IMG/VR virus record: IMGVR_UViG_3300002446_000068
Span: 1 to 64,000 of that record
Length of the DNA: 64,000 nucleotides
Origin: a virus
Taxonomy: Duplodnaviria; Caudoviricetes
Direction: 5' to 3' (one strand)
Made by a program: the position numbers and the translations under genes. The notes under the pieces were generated by a model, which was given only the letters and a program-made list of their open reading frames with translations, searched no databases and was not told the origin of the DNA. Below are positions 36,095-47,061 of this stretch, one piece after another. Each line of letters begins with the position of its first letter. The stretch's first letter is position 1.

Positions 36095-39000
36095 GCGAAT
36101 CGTTTGAAAGCCTATTCACCATACAGGTCGAGACAGTTGGGGTTGAATCCCTAGATTCCCTGATACTGAAGCTGGGCGAAGTAGACGCAAAGGTTAGGGA
36201 AACATCCGGGATTGTAGCCGGTCTCAGGGAATCTCTTTCCGGTTTCACCATTCCCTCCATAGCCGATGAGGTCCACGCATCAATCATCACCCCGCTTGAA
36301 TCAGCCATAACCACAGCAGGGATGCTGGCGACTGCACTACAGGGGCTATACGGGAAGGGTGGCGATGCCCCTCCCCCAATCCCAGTCCCATTGGGTGGCA
36401 ATTTTGGTGACATGGATGTGTATAAGCATCTCATGGACCAGCTAGCCGCCGCTGAAGAAGCAAAGAAGAAACTTTTCGAGGAACCGTTTACCCCCATGTA
36501 CATCCGTGGCGAGCAGGGTGGATGGGACCCACGGATTAGAAGCGGTAGCGAGAAGGGCGGCTGGAGAAGTCAAACGGGCCGCTTCTCCACACAAGAAGAT
36601 GTCTTTGCCGAACTGGCTGGCAGCGGGAAAGAGTTTGAGCAGTTAGCCGAACTGTCCAAAGATGCTCTAATGAACATCCCCGAGGCAGCTCGGACTGCGG
36701 TCAACCTCACCCTCAAGGAATTTGAACGGCTCAAGATGGAAGTGGTCGGGCACTCCATTATCCCCGACATGGTGAACGACATTAACCGCTGGTTGTTGAT
36801 GATTAAGCTGCCGTCGAATCTACAGCAAGAGTTTCAGCGGTTGCAGCACGCCGTGTACGTCCCGACAATCAGCGCGTCCGGGTCTATGGGCAGTTCGGTG
36901 GGCGATACCGCCGGTCCGGTGAGTACCGAGTATGCCCAGTTCGGCAATTTGCAAAGCTCAGTGCTCCGCTTTGCCGAATCGTTTGAAGTGCTGGACACCG
37001 CAACCGGCAGAGCAGGCGTCACCGCAAGGGCCACAAGGGCCGAGTACGACAAGTTCGGCTACACGCTAAGCAAGTTCACCACTGATGTCACGAACTGGGA
37101 AGATGGGACGCAGGCTGTCTCGCAGAATATGGAAGACTACACCAAGGTGTTGGGTAGTGACTACCTGACCAGCTTCTTTGAGGGCGACAAGCTGACGGGC
37201 AGCACCTTGCGCTACACCAAGATGTTCGACGATCTCGACAAGGTTACGGGCAAAACCTTCCGCACCTTCCGCACGGGCATAAAAGAGATCGACGAATTCG
37301 ACAAGGTACTCAAGGACTCCTACACCGATGTCAAGACATACTCGAATGGCATACAGGAGGTCGAGAAACACGTAGACGACTTTACCGATAAGGCAGATAG
37401 CGACAAGCTGGGAAGCAGCCGGTTTATGCGCCACCTGGCCTGGATTGCCCAAGGCATCCTCATCTGGCAGGGGCTTAATGCTATTAACCAATTGAAGGAT
37501 GCTTATGTCAAGAACTTCAGCGACATGGAGCAAGCCGCCGCCCGGGCCGCCTTTATCATCGACGATTCGACACAGCAGATATTTGAGAGCCAGCTACGTG
37601 CAGCGGCGCAGGCCACCCAGTATGGCATTGAACCCACTTCCACCGCACAGGCTGGTATTGTGGCGGCGCAATACGGCGTTGATGAGATGGCTATTGTCGA
37701 AGACGCCGCCCGATTGGCTATGGTCGCCCAGATGGACATGGCAGAGGCTACGGATTACCTGCTTTCCATCGAGCGCATTTGGAACATTGAGCTTTCGGAA
37801 ACCAGCAGGGTTCTGGACACGCTTGTAACCATGTACGCTACGGCCCCAGGCGACATGAAGGGTTTCATGGACATGATGCGGGAGGGGCCTGCTCTTGCCA
37901 TGCAGTTTGGGATGTCCTTTGAAGAATATATGCTGATGATTGCAAGGGCCATGAGCTACCTCCCGGGCCAGACTCCCTCCACAGTGTCAGGGCTTTTGGG
38001 ACGCACTGTCTCCAGGCTGACGCAAGGAGAAACCCCGGAGGTTTTGGCACGAGATTATGGGATTGGCGTTATTTCCCCAGAGACGCTAACCCCGCGCCCG
38101 GGCCTTGAGGTCTTGGACGAAATTGCCGCAAAGTACCGCGCCTTGGGCACAGAGCAGGAGAAGGTTGCCCTTGCCGTTGCGATTGCCGGGAGCAAGCAGG
38201 GGCAGGCGTGGCAGGACATGAAGGTCTTGCTTGATAACTGGGGAGAAGGCATCCGTGGTGCGGAAACCAAGATGCGGAGCTTTGGCGATATGTCCGACAA
38301 CGTTCTTAACACCCACAGGACACGTATAGACGCCGCCAAGGCCGCATGGGTCGAGTGGATACAGGTGATGGCAGAGGGCGAGGGGATTATCGGCACCTAT
38401 AGCAAGGCGATAGGCAAAATAGCCGAAGGGCTTGAAGATTCCACCAGGCAAGCGTTGCTGTTTAGGCAAGCAGAGTCACTCGGCATTGACAAACAGGCTC
38501 TTGCAGATTTATATGAGGGTAGTACCGGCGCTAAAGCCTTCAGCCATTACGAGACTAAAGAGGCGGAGGAACTTGCCGCAAGCAAAAAGTGGTACGAGCC
38601 TGCTGAGGGTTATAGAAAGTATGCGGCACCCACAGAAGAATTTATGGACTGGGCCGAAAAATACCTCAATGCCCCCATCAAGGCCGAAGGGTGGCACGAC
38701 ACGGGATGGGAGCAAGGTGGCTTTAAAGATGAAGCAAGGAAGGCGGGCGAGACGTTCAAGGACGATACCGGCGAGGCAGGCAAAGACTTTGTTAATGACG
38801 TGTCGGACGCTACTGATATATTGACATCCAAACTGTTTGGAGGCTGGACTCCATCACCCAGCATCGTAGACCTTACGGGTTCCAAAGAGAACCCCTACAC
38901 AATGGCCGAAGTGAACAAGGCTATAGCCCAGTCACGCGCCGATACCGACCGGATGATTGCCGCGTTTGCCCAGGGGTTGCGCGAGCGGGGGCTTGGGGAA

Positions 39001-40137
39001 GATGCGATTGCCGTCGCACTCAAGAACTTTACGGACAAGATGGCCCTCAACCTCCAATTCTACAGGCTACCTGGTGGCGAGATTCGGCTGATGGAGGGCC
39101 GCGACCTTTTATTCTACCTAAGCAAGATTGAGGAAAACACCCGTCCTCTTGAGGGCATTTGGAATGTGCCCGAAGGCATGAGGATGTGGGTGCCCATTGA
39201 AAGCACATTTTACGGCAACTGGCGCGACAAGCAGGGAAAGGAAGAAACCGGGCAAACCGTCACGCTGGACTCCACAACGTTTGACAGGTCGGCGGAGGCG
39301 TATGCCAGTGCAACCCAAACGTATCGGGATGCCGTCAATGCCTTTAAGGAATCGGTGCGCCTGAACGCAGAGCGGCTGGGCCTGACAGAATCCACGTACA
39401 TCCCGGAGATAGGTTGGCCCTACTCGGCAGAGCAAGAGCTAGAGCCACCTTGGGTCCAACCCTTGATGGATGCACTGAAACGATTCCGCCTTGAGGGAAT
39501 GTATAAAGAGGGGCCGGTTACTGCCCCGCAAGGAACGGCAACGGGCGAGGCTGTCACCTATTCCTTGCCGCAGTGGATTATCGACAACTTTATGCTTCAG
39601 TTCCAACGGAACTTGGACAATCTGTTCTACGCACCGATTTTTGGTAGGGAACGACCAGAAGGCACGACTGAAAAGGCAGCTCCGCAAATGCCGGGTGGTC
39701 CAGAAACTAACTGGCTTGGTGGCGTTATTGGTCGTATTAGCGGCATCGTCGAAAAGTTCTCCCAGCTATTCCAAAGAGACAGTGGCAAACCCACGTATGA
39801 GGGAACGATTCACGACACAGAATCCGTCATCCCCCAACCGTTGAGCGTGTCACTCCCACAGAACCAGCTTTCGCAGGGGGTGCAGATGGGGACGCTGGCG
39901 ACGGGTATGCCCACATCTATGAGCACGCTAACGGGCATTATGACAACCATGCGGGTTACGTCCTCTGCCCAGTTGCTCTTGCTGATGACGATTGCGCGAA
40001 ACACGGGCATACCGCAGGCCCCGCCGGTCGTGAACGTGACGGTTGAGGCTACTGGCCGCACGGCAACTACAACCGTAAATGAGGTCTTGACCAGGGAATG
40101 GGCGCTGGGTCACGGGGTCTATGAGACCCCCATCTAA
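36091..40137 (+). CDS. Tape measure protein
   Basis: 1348 aa, helical Ala/Glu-rich, canonical position. Confidence 0.88.
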   Translation: MSESFESLFTIQVETVGVESLDSLILKLGEVDAKVRETSGIVAGLRESLSGFTIPSIADEVHASIITPLESAITTAGMLATALQGLYGKGGDAPPPIPVPLGGNFGDMDVYKHLMDQLAAAEEAKKKLFEEPFTPMYIRGEQGGWDPRIRSGSEKGGWRSQTGRFSTQEDVFAELAGSGKEFEQLAELSKDALMNIPEAARTAVNLTLKEFERLKMEVVGHSIIPDMVNDINRWLLMIKLPSNLQQEFQRLQHAVYVPTISASGSMGSSVGDTAGPVSTEYAQFGNLQSSVLRFAESFEVLDTATGRAGVTARATRAEYDKFGYTLSKFTTDVTNWEDGTQAVSQNMEDYTKVLGSDYLTSFFEGDKLTGSTLRYTKMFDDLDKVTGKTFRTFRTGIKEIDEFDKVLKDSYTDVKTYSNGIQEVEKHVDDFTDKADSDKLGSSRFMRHLAWIAQGILIWQGLNAINQLKDAYVKNFSDMEQAAARAAFIIDDSTQQIFESQLRAAAQATQYGIEPTSTAQAGIVAAQYGVDEMAIVEDAARLAMVAQMDMAEATDYLLSIERIWNIELSETSRVLDTLVTMYATAPGDMKGFMDMMREGPALAMQFGMSFEEYMLMIARAMSYLPGQTPSTVSGLLGRTVSRLTQGETPEVLARDYGIGVISPETLTPRPGLEVLDEIAAKYRALGTEQEKVALAVAIAGSKQGQAWQDMKVLLDNWGEGIRGAETKMRSFGDMSDNVLNTHRTRIDAAKAAWVEWIQVMAEGEGIIGTYSKAIGKIAEGLEDSTRQALLFRQAESLGIDKQALADLYEGSTGAKAFSHYETKEAEELAASKKWYEPAEGYRKYAAPTEEFMDWAEKYLNAPIKAEGWHDTGWEQGGFKDEARKAGETFKDDTGEAGKDFVNDVSDATDILTSKLFGGWTPSPSIVDLTGSKENPYTMAEVNKAIAQSRADTDRMIAAFAQGLRERGLGEDAIAVALKNFTDKMALNLQFYRLPGGEIRLMEGRDLLFYLSKIEENTRPLEGIWNVPEGMRMWVPIESTFYGNWRDKQGKEETGQTVTLDSTTFDRSAEAYASATQTYRDAVNAFKESVRLNAERLGLTESTYIPEIGWPYSAEQELEPPWVQPLMDALKRFRLEGMYKEGPVTAPQGTATGEAVTYSLPQWIIDNFMLQFQRNLDNLFYAPIFGRERPEGTTEKAAPQMPGGPETNWLGGVIGRISGIVEKFSQLFQRDSGKPTYEGTIHDTESVIPQPLSVSLPQNQLSQGVQMGTLATGMPTSMSTLTGIMTTMRVTSSAQLLLLMTIARNTGIPQAPPVVNVTVEATGRTATTTVNEVLTREWALGHGVYETPI

Positions 40138-40152
40138 TCGTGAGGTAGCATC

Positions 40153-40512
40153 GTGACAATACCTACACCTAAATGGAGTATCGGTGCGATAACTATATTC
40201 GTCGATGAGTACAGCGGTGGGCAAAAGCCCGTTGTCGGTGAGCTGCACGTGCTGGATGCAAACAACAGCACCAAGCACTTTTCCGGCTCTATGGGCAAGA
40301 CCCGAAGAATCGCCGGCACGCTCTACGACATAGACAGCAACAAGCTAAGCACCCTTGAGGGGTATGCCGAAGCGAAGACAGCCCGTACCTTGACGAGCGA
40401 CATCGGTAACGAAGGCAGCTACATCGTTATGGACGTGCAACACAAACGACAGCAGGCCCTCCAATACAGCTATGCTGTGTACAGAGTGACCGTGGAATTG
40501 GCGGAAGCATGA
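40153..40512 (+). CDS. Putative distal tail protein
   Basis: Small beta-rich gene immediately after tape measure. Confidence 0.55.
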   Translation: MTIPTPKWSIGAITIFVDEYSGGQKPVVGELHVLDANNSTKHFSGSMGKTRRIAGTLYDIDSNKLSTLEGYAEAKTARTLTSDIGNEGSYIVMDVQHKRQQALQYSYAVYRVTVELAEA

Positions 40513-41489
40513 GAAAGCTGTACGCGGCTGTCACGGGCACGAGCAGCATCGTTACCGTGGATGTCGATCAGGACTATTCCCAGCCGACAGCCAATGCGGT
40601 TGTCAAGTGCGGGGCGACAAGCCTGTCCCTGGGCGACGCCGTGGAGATAGACATCGGCTACACCGACGACCATGCGGTTGTGTTCAAGGGGTACGTGCTG
40701 GAAAAAATCACGACACGGAACGCTGGGGAACTGTCCTATACCCTCCGCTGCCGCGATAACTTGTGGAGGACGATGGCGATGTTCATCGCGTCCGAAGACC
40801 CGCAGGCCCCTCTGAAATACTCGAACATCACCGCAGAGAGCCTGGTCGCCACGATGCTTGAGTTGTCGGGCGTATCCACCCACTCTCTGGACAGCCCAGG
40901 GTTCACATTCGCCCCAGAGGAACCGTTAGAGATACAGCTTACGTCTGCGTGGGACATCATCAACCGCGTGTGCTGGCTCATCGCATGGCACTGCTACGAT
41001 GATATGGGGACCATCAGGTTTCTGGACCGTAAGCCCTACAATGTAGCAGGAGATGTATCGGTTCATTCGTTTACAGTCGGGGACTCTGGGGACATCCTGA
41101 CTATAGAGCCTTACGCTATTTCGAGTGACAAGATACGGAATAAGGTGGTGGTCTATGGCAAGGAAGGGGTGTATGCGTCTGCGCAGGCATCCAGTCCGTT
41201 CTTACCCGCAGGCTTTTATAAGGCCGAGGTTCTATCCGCGCCGGACCTGGTAGACAACACGTCAATGGCCCAGGAGATTGCCGACTACAACCTAGACCTT
41301 ATGAACAGGCTAGAAAAGAGTGCCACCGTGACAGTGTTGGGTACACCGGGCGTAAACGCCCGAAAGGTTGTGACGTTCACAGAGGCGAAAACAGGCATCA
41401 GCGCCGATTGGTTTGTGTATAGCTGCAAGCATAGGCTATCGGACTCTTATATGACTTCCATGACATTGACCCAGAGGCAGACATCGTGA
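40509..41489 (+). CDS. Baseplate hub-like tail protein
   Basis: SAWDIINRVCWLIAWHCYDDMGTIRF, IRNKVVVYG late-control-D/hub pattern. Confidence 0.65.
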   Translation: MRKLYAAVTGTSSIVTVDVDQDYSQPTANAVVKCGATSLSLGDAVEIDIGYTDDHAVVFKGYVLEKITTRNAGELSYTLRCRDNLWRTMAMFIASEDPQAPLKYSNITAESLVATMLELSGVSTHSLDSPGFTFAPEEPLEIQLTSAWDIINRVCWLIAWHCYDDMGTIRFLDRKPYNVAGDVSVHSFTVGDSGDILTIEPYAISSDKIRNKVVVYGKEGVYASAQASSPFLPAGFYKAEVLSAPDLVDNTSMAQEIADYNLDLMNRLEKSATVTVLGTPGVNARKVVTFTEAKTGISADWFVYSCKHRLSDSYMTSMTLTQRQTS

Positions 41490-43975
41490 GCGCATCTATC
41501 ATCATCAACGGTACAGACCGCACATCCAACCTGGTTCGCTTGGAACTCAGAGAGGAATATTGCGACCCAGGAAAACACTTTGAGGCTATGTTCGATAGCA
41601 TGTTTGTCGTGTCCACGTGGGAGACGGTCGCAATCTATGAGGGCGCAACCCTTCTGTTTACAGGCAGCACGTCGCAAATTGAGGGCAACCGGCCTGATGG
41701 CTCTATGGTGGTGCGAGGCGGCGACGACATTAAGAGGCTCCGTGAATACTTTGTCGTAGAAGAATATACTGCGATGGGGGAAGGGGTCAAGCACTGGATT
41801 GCCAAATTTGCGCAAGAGGCCGGTTGCACCATTTCCTTTCTTGAGGACTATGACCCGATACCACTGGAGGGTATGACGCTTGGGCGTATGCCAGCATGGG
41901 AAATCATCTCCGAGCTGCTACTGTATGCAAGATGGGACATTTGGTGCGGCACTGACGGTACTGTTCTTGTGGGCAGGCGTATGCAAAGCGGGAGCGCCAC
42001 GGAAACCATAGCCGCAGGCGACAATCTGGTATCGATGGACCGCAGCTTGGACAGCGAGCCGCCGAGAAACGCCGCCATTGTCTACGCTGCCACGGGATAC
42101 GCCAAGGCGCAACAGACCTTTGGGTGGGAGATAGATAGTAACGATGTACGGACGATGGTTGTGTCCAGCATGTACGTCAAGACGCCAGTTGAAGCAGCGG
42201 ACCTGGCGCACCAACTGATTGCCGCCGGTGGCCCAACATACGATATTAAGCGGTGCGAACTGGACGATGTGTACCCAGGTATTGAGATTGGGGACGTAGC
42301 CAGTTTCGACAATGGCAAGGATGATAGCGGCGAGGACATGGTAACTAGCGTTACATCCACATGGGATGGAGTAAGCGGCGAGCGGAGGATGCACGTCAAA
42401 CTGGGTGAACGGTGTCCCCTTGTGGGGGCCGGCGGCGGGTCGCCGGTAGACGGGAGAGACGTGATTGTCGCCACCTACAGTCATGGGGTGTGGCGGTGCA
42501 AAGACATTTGGGAGGGTACACCCCATTGGGAACCGTTGAATACAGGACTGAGGACGGCGTACCCTGACTACGGCATACCCGCTGATGGCGGGCTATCATG
42601 CGACTGGTTCATCCGCGATCCGTTTGAATGCAACACGAGAGCTTTTCTTCAAACGAAATATGCGATTTATGAGACACAAAGTTTGGAACCAGGATATGAG
42701 AATTGGGTACCAGTGTTGCCCTACAAAAATATCAATCCCTATCCCGAAACTAATCGTTCATATTATGTGTTAAAATTGCGCTCCACAATTGCTAGGAGGG
42801 GAAGATATTATATCGTCGTGGGACACGAGGGTGATGAGTTTGGGCAATGGGACAAATATATTATGGGTACCAACGATCACTTTCGCACGATTTTTGGGAG
42901 GCGAACATACAACGAGGCGGTCTATGTAGCTGATGTACCAATGCTGTCACACCTTTATCCTATGAGTAGCGCCATTTTTGGGGACCCAGATTATGAGCAA
43001 CAAGAAAGTGTGGGCATGTCCTCTTGGCATCATCTTTCTAGATATTGCGAGGCGGGCAAGGGAGGACTGGCTGCATGGCACAGAAACGATCACGGATGTT
43101 TTATGACGGGTACGAAAAATATGCTACAGTCAGGCACAGTGATAAGTGGAGCCGGTCCTGCCATTTGGTCTGGAGTCATGTGGACAGAACCATATTACCA
43201 TGAACACACTGGTGAGTATTTTCCCGCAGATGAAATCATAGTCACACCAATTCATTCGTTAAACCCAATGCCTAATCCTAATTGGTGGAGAATTAAAGAA
43301 CCTTATTATCTGTCAAGTTTTGAATACAACCCAGCAGCAAACTGGTATAAACATCCATCTATTCATATTCCTTATGACCAACAATATAAGCCCTATTTCT
43401 CCTGGCCCTTACAAGACAGTGCCAATCCCGATTTATACAGGACACGGCAAATGCCGTCTGTGTACTATGCCATTCCCGGTGTTTGGGAGGGAGATATTGT
43501 CTTCAACACTGGCTCTTACCCTTGGCACAGCATAAAAGGCAAGATTGGCAACATGCCCTGGGGCGGCACCGATTGTCACTTTCTGCAGGGCGCACTGGGC
43601 ACGTACACCCCAAACCGAAACAAGGTCTACTGCTTCAATGCGGGCAAGCCCAGTCGGTTTGCCATTTCAGATGACGAGTGCGACTCCTGGACGGAAAAGG
43701 CATCCGTTCCATTCAGGACGGCCTGTTTCTCGGGGTTCCCCTATTCGTCCAACAAAGTCTATGTGGGGCGCGACCCGACTCGTGACGCCACTGGTGCTGC
43801 CTCAGCAGATGATACAGCCCTCCTCTATTCGTCATGGGACAGGGGCGATACCTGGACTGATGTCACCGGCGACTTGTGGACTCAGACCCAGGACATGCAC
43901 ATTCGGAGTGGCGGCTTTGGAGTGCCCTATTATGGGGCGCACGGACTGGTCACGGTAGCGCCGAGGTACGTATGA
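41486..43975 (+). CDS. Baseplate hub-like protein with C-terminal beta-propeller/receptor-binding region
   Basis: N-terminal hub pattern similar to preceding gene; BNR-like SDDECDSW and SWDRGDTW repeats. Confidence 0.65.
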   Translation: MSASIIINGTDRTSNLVRLELREEYCDPGKHFEAMFDSMFVVSTWETVAIYEGATLLFTGSTSQIEGNRPDGSMVVRGGDDIKRLREYFVVEEYTAMGEGVKHWIAKFAQEAGCTISFLEDYDPIPLEGMTLGRMPAWEIISELLLYARWDIWCGTDGTVLVGRRMQSGSATETIAAGDNLVSMDRSLDSEPPRNAAIVYAATGYAKAQQTFGWEIDSNDVRTMVVSSMYVKTPVEAADLAHQLIAAGGPTYDIKRCELDDVYPGIEIGDVASFDNGKDDSGEDMVTSVTSTWDGVSGERRMHVKLGERCPLVGAGGGSPVDGRDVIVATYSHGVWRCKDIWEGTPHWEPLNTGLRTAYPDYGIPADGGLSCDWFIRDPFECNTRAFLQTKYAIYETQSLEPGYENWVPVLPYKNINPYPETNRSYYVLKLRSTIARRGRYYIVVGHEGDEFGQWDKYIMGTNDHFRTIFGRRTYNEAVYVADVPMLSHLYPMSSAIFGDPDYEQQESVGMSSWHHLSRYCEAGKGGLAAWHRNDHGCFMTGTKNMLQSGTVISGAGPAIWSGVMWTEPYYHEHTGEYFPADEIIVTPIHSLNPMPNPNWWRIKEPYYLSSFEYNPAANWYKHPSIHIPYDQQYKPYFSWPLQDSANPDLYRTRQMPSVYYAIPGVWEGDIVFNTGSYPWHSIKGKIGNMPWGGTDCHFLQGALGTYTPNRNKVYCFNAGKPSRFAISDDECDSWTEKASVPFRTACFSGFPYSSNKVYVGRDPTRDATGAASADDTALLYSSWDRGDTWTDVTGDLWTQTQDMHIRSGGFGVPYYGAHGLVTVAPRYV

Positions 43976-44877
43976 CATTAACGCGGGACTATCTCAAGCA
44001 GGTCATGGCCTACGTAGACCACAAGCTCAACAGGCCGCAAAGGCTAGAGCTTGGTGGTGGATCCGGGCCCGGTGGCGGGTCTGGGATACCCCCCGGAGGT
44101 ATCATCGGCCAACTATCCCAACGGTGGATTTGCTACGATACCACAGAGGCTACCAGCGCCGGGTCTACATCTACGGGCGGCTCCTTGCCGTCACTTGTCC
44201 AAAACCTGAACAGGATACGTGGTGGGTACGCCATAGGCGACGACGCCATTGTAGAACGGCACATGCTCTGGTCCACTGGGGATGCTGGCACGTCGGGCTG
44301 TATAGATGCACAACACATCCCATTCTACGCATATGCCTCCCCCATGACTTCCGAAACGGTCAGGGATGCCATTGAGGAAGCCTACTCTGAAGTCGGAGAA
44401 CTGTCTGCGGAGAATATCCCATTCACATCAACGTCTGGCAGTTTGGTTTCAGATAATGTCCGAGACGCTATTGAAGAAGTTTTAGACAACCGCGCCGATG
44501 CAATGGCACAGGCGTACACCTGGCACACATTCGCCTTTTCAGTAAGTGGAGCCGTCTCTACAGGAACAGGAACCATGAGGCTCTATGTGCCTGGTGATAT
44601 GACGATAGCCGAAGTCTTGGCGGCGTGCGACCAGGCCCCTACCGGACAAGCCCTAATTGTTGACATAAACAAGAACGGGACGACGATCTTCACCAACCAG
44701 GCCAACAGGCCCACAATCGCAGACGGGGCCAATGTAGGAACGTCTGGCACGCCAAATGTCACCGCATTGGTCAAGAACGATTACTTGACAATGGATAGGG
44801 ACCAAATCGGTAGCAGTGTTGCAGGCATAGACCTTACAGTCCATGTAAGGTGCAAGCAATACCTTTCAGGAGTTTAG
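43972..44877 (+). CDS. Minor tail/fibre protein
   Basis: Repeated VRDAIEE motif; C-terminal DINKNGTTIF..RPTIA domain common in fibres. Confidence 0.6.
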   Translation: MTLTRDYLKQVMAYVDHKLNRPQRLELGGGSGPGGGSGIPPGGIIGQLSQRWICYDTTEATSAGSTSTGGSLPSLVQNLNRIRGGYAIGDDAIVERHMLWSTGDAGTSGCIDAQHIPFYAYASPMTSETVRDAIEEAYSEVGELSAENIPFTSTSGSLVSDNVRDAIEEVLDNRADAMAQAYTWHTFAFSVSGAVSTGTGTMRLYVPGDMTIAEVLAACDQAPTGQALIVDINKNGTTIFTNQANRPTIADGANVGTSGTPNVTALVKNDYLTMDRDQIGSSVAGIDLTVHVRCKQYLSGV

Positions 44878-44879
44878 CT

Positions 44880-45875
44880 ATGGCATTTGTACCGCTTTAT
44901 GGGACTGGGTTTGAGACTGGAAGCTCGGAACAAATCCCAGCCGTTGACAAGAACCAAGCCTATGTTATTGTAGATGCAGTACACTCCGGGGCCTATGGCC
45001 TACATCTGGATTCTAACTATCCATCCACCTATGGCTGGGCGCGGTGGCCTGTTGATTCGACACCGGCAGAGTTATACTTTAGTGCTTGGGTTTATCCAGA
45101 CGGAGACTTCCCACTCTACATTGAGTTCTATGTCGATAGTGGACACTATGTAGGCATACGGCACGATGGTACATACTGGGATGCTTATGTAAATGGGTCG
45201 AAAGTTGCCGATGGTTCTATAGCACACACCAAGCTCACGTGGCATCTTGTAGAGTTGCATGTGATTATCTCGGACACCGGCACAATCGAAACACGCATCG
45301 ACACCGTAGGGGACGTGTCGTATTCCGGCGACACCAAGCCAGGGGCAACCACGGCTATTACGCATGTGCGTGCTTACCAGTATGTGACTGGCGTCAATTA
45401 CTATGCCGACAGCTACCTTGACGATATGGTATTTGGGACAGGGGGATGGGCGGGGGATGTTCGGTTCAATGCTGCACTTGTCCCCAGTTCGGACACAGCA
45501 CAAATAGATTGGACCCCAAGCACCGGCACTGATAACTATGCACTGGTCGATGAAGTGCCACCAAGCGACGCCGACTATGTGAGTTCCTTGACCATTGGCA
45601 ACATTGACATGTACGAGCTAAGCGACTGGACGCCACCAGGTACAGATTATGATATTTTGTTCATAAACGATTGGATGAGGGCAAGCACCGATACACCCGG
45701 GACAAAGGTCGAGTCTGTCATCACAAGTGGGTCAACCACAAGTAATGGGGACGCTGAATCTCTAACGACCACACCGACCTACTACCACAGGATGCTGGCG
45801 GCAGACCCAAATACAGCAAGTGCATGGGAAGCCGCTGCTATAAATGCCCTGGAAATAGGACAGGAGAGGGTATAA
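44880..45875 (+). CDS. Minor tail protein with ConA/LamG-like domain
   Basis: GFETG, YFSAWVY, WHLVELH, YLDDM pattern. Confidence 0.6.
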   Translation: MAFVPLYGTGFETGSSEQIPAVDKNQAYVIVDAVHSGAYGLHLDSNYPSTYGWARWPVDSTPAELYFSAWVYPDGDFPLYIEFYVDSGHYVGIRHDGTYWDAYVNGSKVADGSIAHTKLTWHLVELHVIISDTGTIETRIDTVGDVSYSGDTKPGATTAITHVRAYQYVTGVNYYADSYLDDMVFGTGGWAGDVRFNAALVPSSDTAQIDWTPSTGTDNYALVDEVPPSDADYVSSLTIGNIDMYELSDWTPPGTDYDILFINDWMRASTDTPGTKVESVITSGSTTSNGDAESLTTTPTYYHRMLAADPNTASAWEAAAINALEIGQERV

Positions 45876-46714
45876 TGGCTGATCAGAAAGTAACTGCACT
45901 AACAGAAGAAACAAGCCCAATATCGTCAGATTTGTTGTATATGGTAGACGATCCTGGTGTCACCCCGGCGTCGCGCAAGACAACGTTTGCTAATGCGGCA
46001 AAGGGACTCGCTGGCACTATTGTGCAGACGGCCACGCAAGCCACAAGACCGGCTTCAGCAACGCCGGGCTACTTGCATCTACCAAGTGATGGTTACACTA
46101 TTGACAGAGATAGTGGCTCTGCCTGGGTCAGTTGGGGGCCGATATTCCCATGTACCCCTCCGGTGTTGGGCGATTTTACATGGGTGAATCAGGATGGCGT
46201 TGGAACGGCAGTAACAACCTATGGCGGCATACACATATCGTCACCGGAAAATGCAGCGACAGAGTATCGTATGCTAAAAAAGGCAGCACCGTCTACCCCA
46301 TACACTATCACAGCCATGATGATAGGCGCAATAGCTGTTAGCCAGAATTACGGCGGGTTTGGTATTGGGTGGAGACAGAGCAGCGATGGGAAATTGGTTC
46401 TAGCTCTCATAAGGAGTAATACGTCACGAACACTTGATAGTGAAGTTGTGGCAATGAAGTGTGCTGACGAACACACAGATACCGCTGTGTACACTCAACA
46501 CGACTTTGTAATTTCTGGCACAGTTTTTTTACGTCTTGTTGACGATGGCACCAACAGAAAAGTAGAATATGGATGGGATGGTCACAATTTCATTACCCTC
46601 CATTCTGTTGGGCGCACAGATTTTATGACAGCGGATGAAGTGTTGTTCTTTGCGTGCTCCAGGAACGCTACATTCCCGGCTGGCATGACGTTGCTTAGCT
46701 GGAAAGAAGAATAG
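45875..46714 (+). CDS. Tail fibre/minor tail protein
   Basis: MADQKVTAL..DLLYMVD N-terminal fibre motif. Confidence 0.6.
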   Translation: MADQKVTALTEETSPISSDLLYMVDDPGVTPASRKTTFANAAKGLAGTIVQTATQATRPASATPGYLHLPSDGYTIDRDSGSAWVSWGPIFPCTPPVLGDFTWVNQDGVGTAVTTYGGIHISSPENAATEYRMLKKAAPSTPYTITAMMIGAIAVSQNYGGFGIGWRQSSDGKLVLALIRSNTSRTLDSEVVAMKCADEHTDTAVYTQHDFVISGTVFLRLVDDGTNRKVEYGWDGHNFITLHSVGRTDFMTADEVLFFACSRNATFPAGMTLLSWKEE

Positions 46715-46723
46715 TGGCCGATC

Positions 46724-47053
46724 ATGGCTGACCGTCTCTTAAAAGAAGATGTTGATATTCTACTGAAAGAGGACGGTTCCGCACTCGTCTTAGAAGATGG
46801 GCTATCCACCACAAAAGGGGTACTTGTCTATGCACGTTGCCTAGAAGTTGCGTATGCCCCAATAGAACAGGTCTTTGTCGAACAGCACATCGTAGAGGTT
46901 GCGCACCAGATACACCCAACCGCATCGGTGTACCAACGCATCGTCGAGGTCGCTTGTCATTATTGGGGAGCCATAAGGACGCAACAGCACGTGATTGAGA
47001 TAGCCTACCAACCGGGGGCTGAAATCTATGGCCCCACCACCCAGCACATCTAG
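46724..47053 (+). CDS. Hypothetical structural protein
   Basis: Short repeats (LEVAY, VEVAH, VEVAC, IEIAY). Confidence 0.55.
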   Translation: MADRLLKEDVDILLKEDGSALVLEDGLSTTKGVLVYARCLEVAYAPIEQVFVEQHIVEVAHQIHPTASVYQRIVEVACHYWGAIRTQQHVIEIAYQPGAEIYGPTTQHI

Positions 47054-47061
47054 GAGGTATT

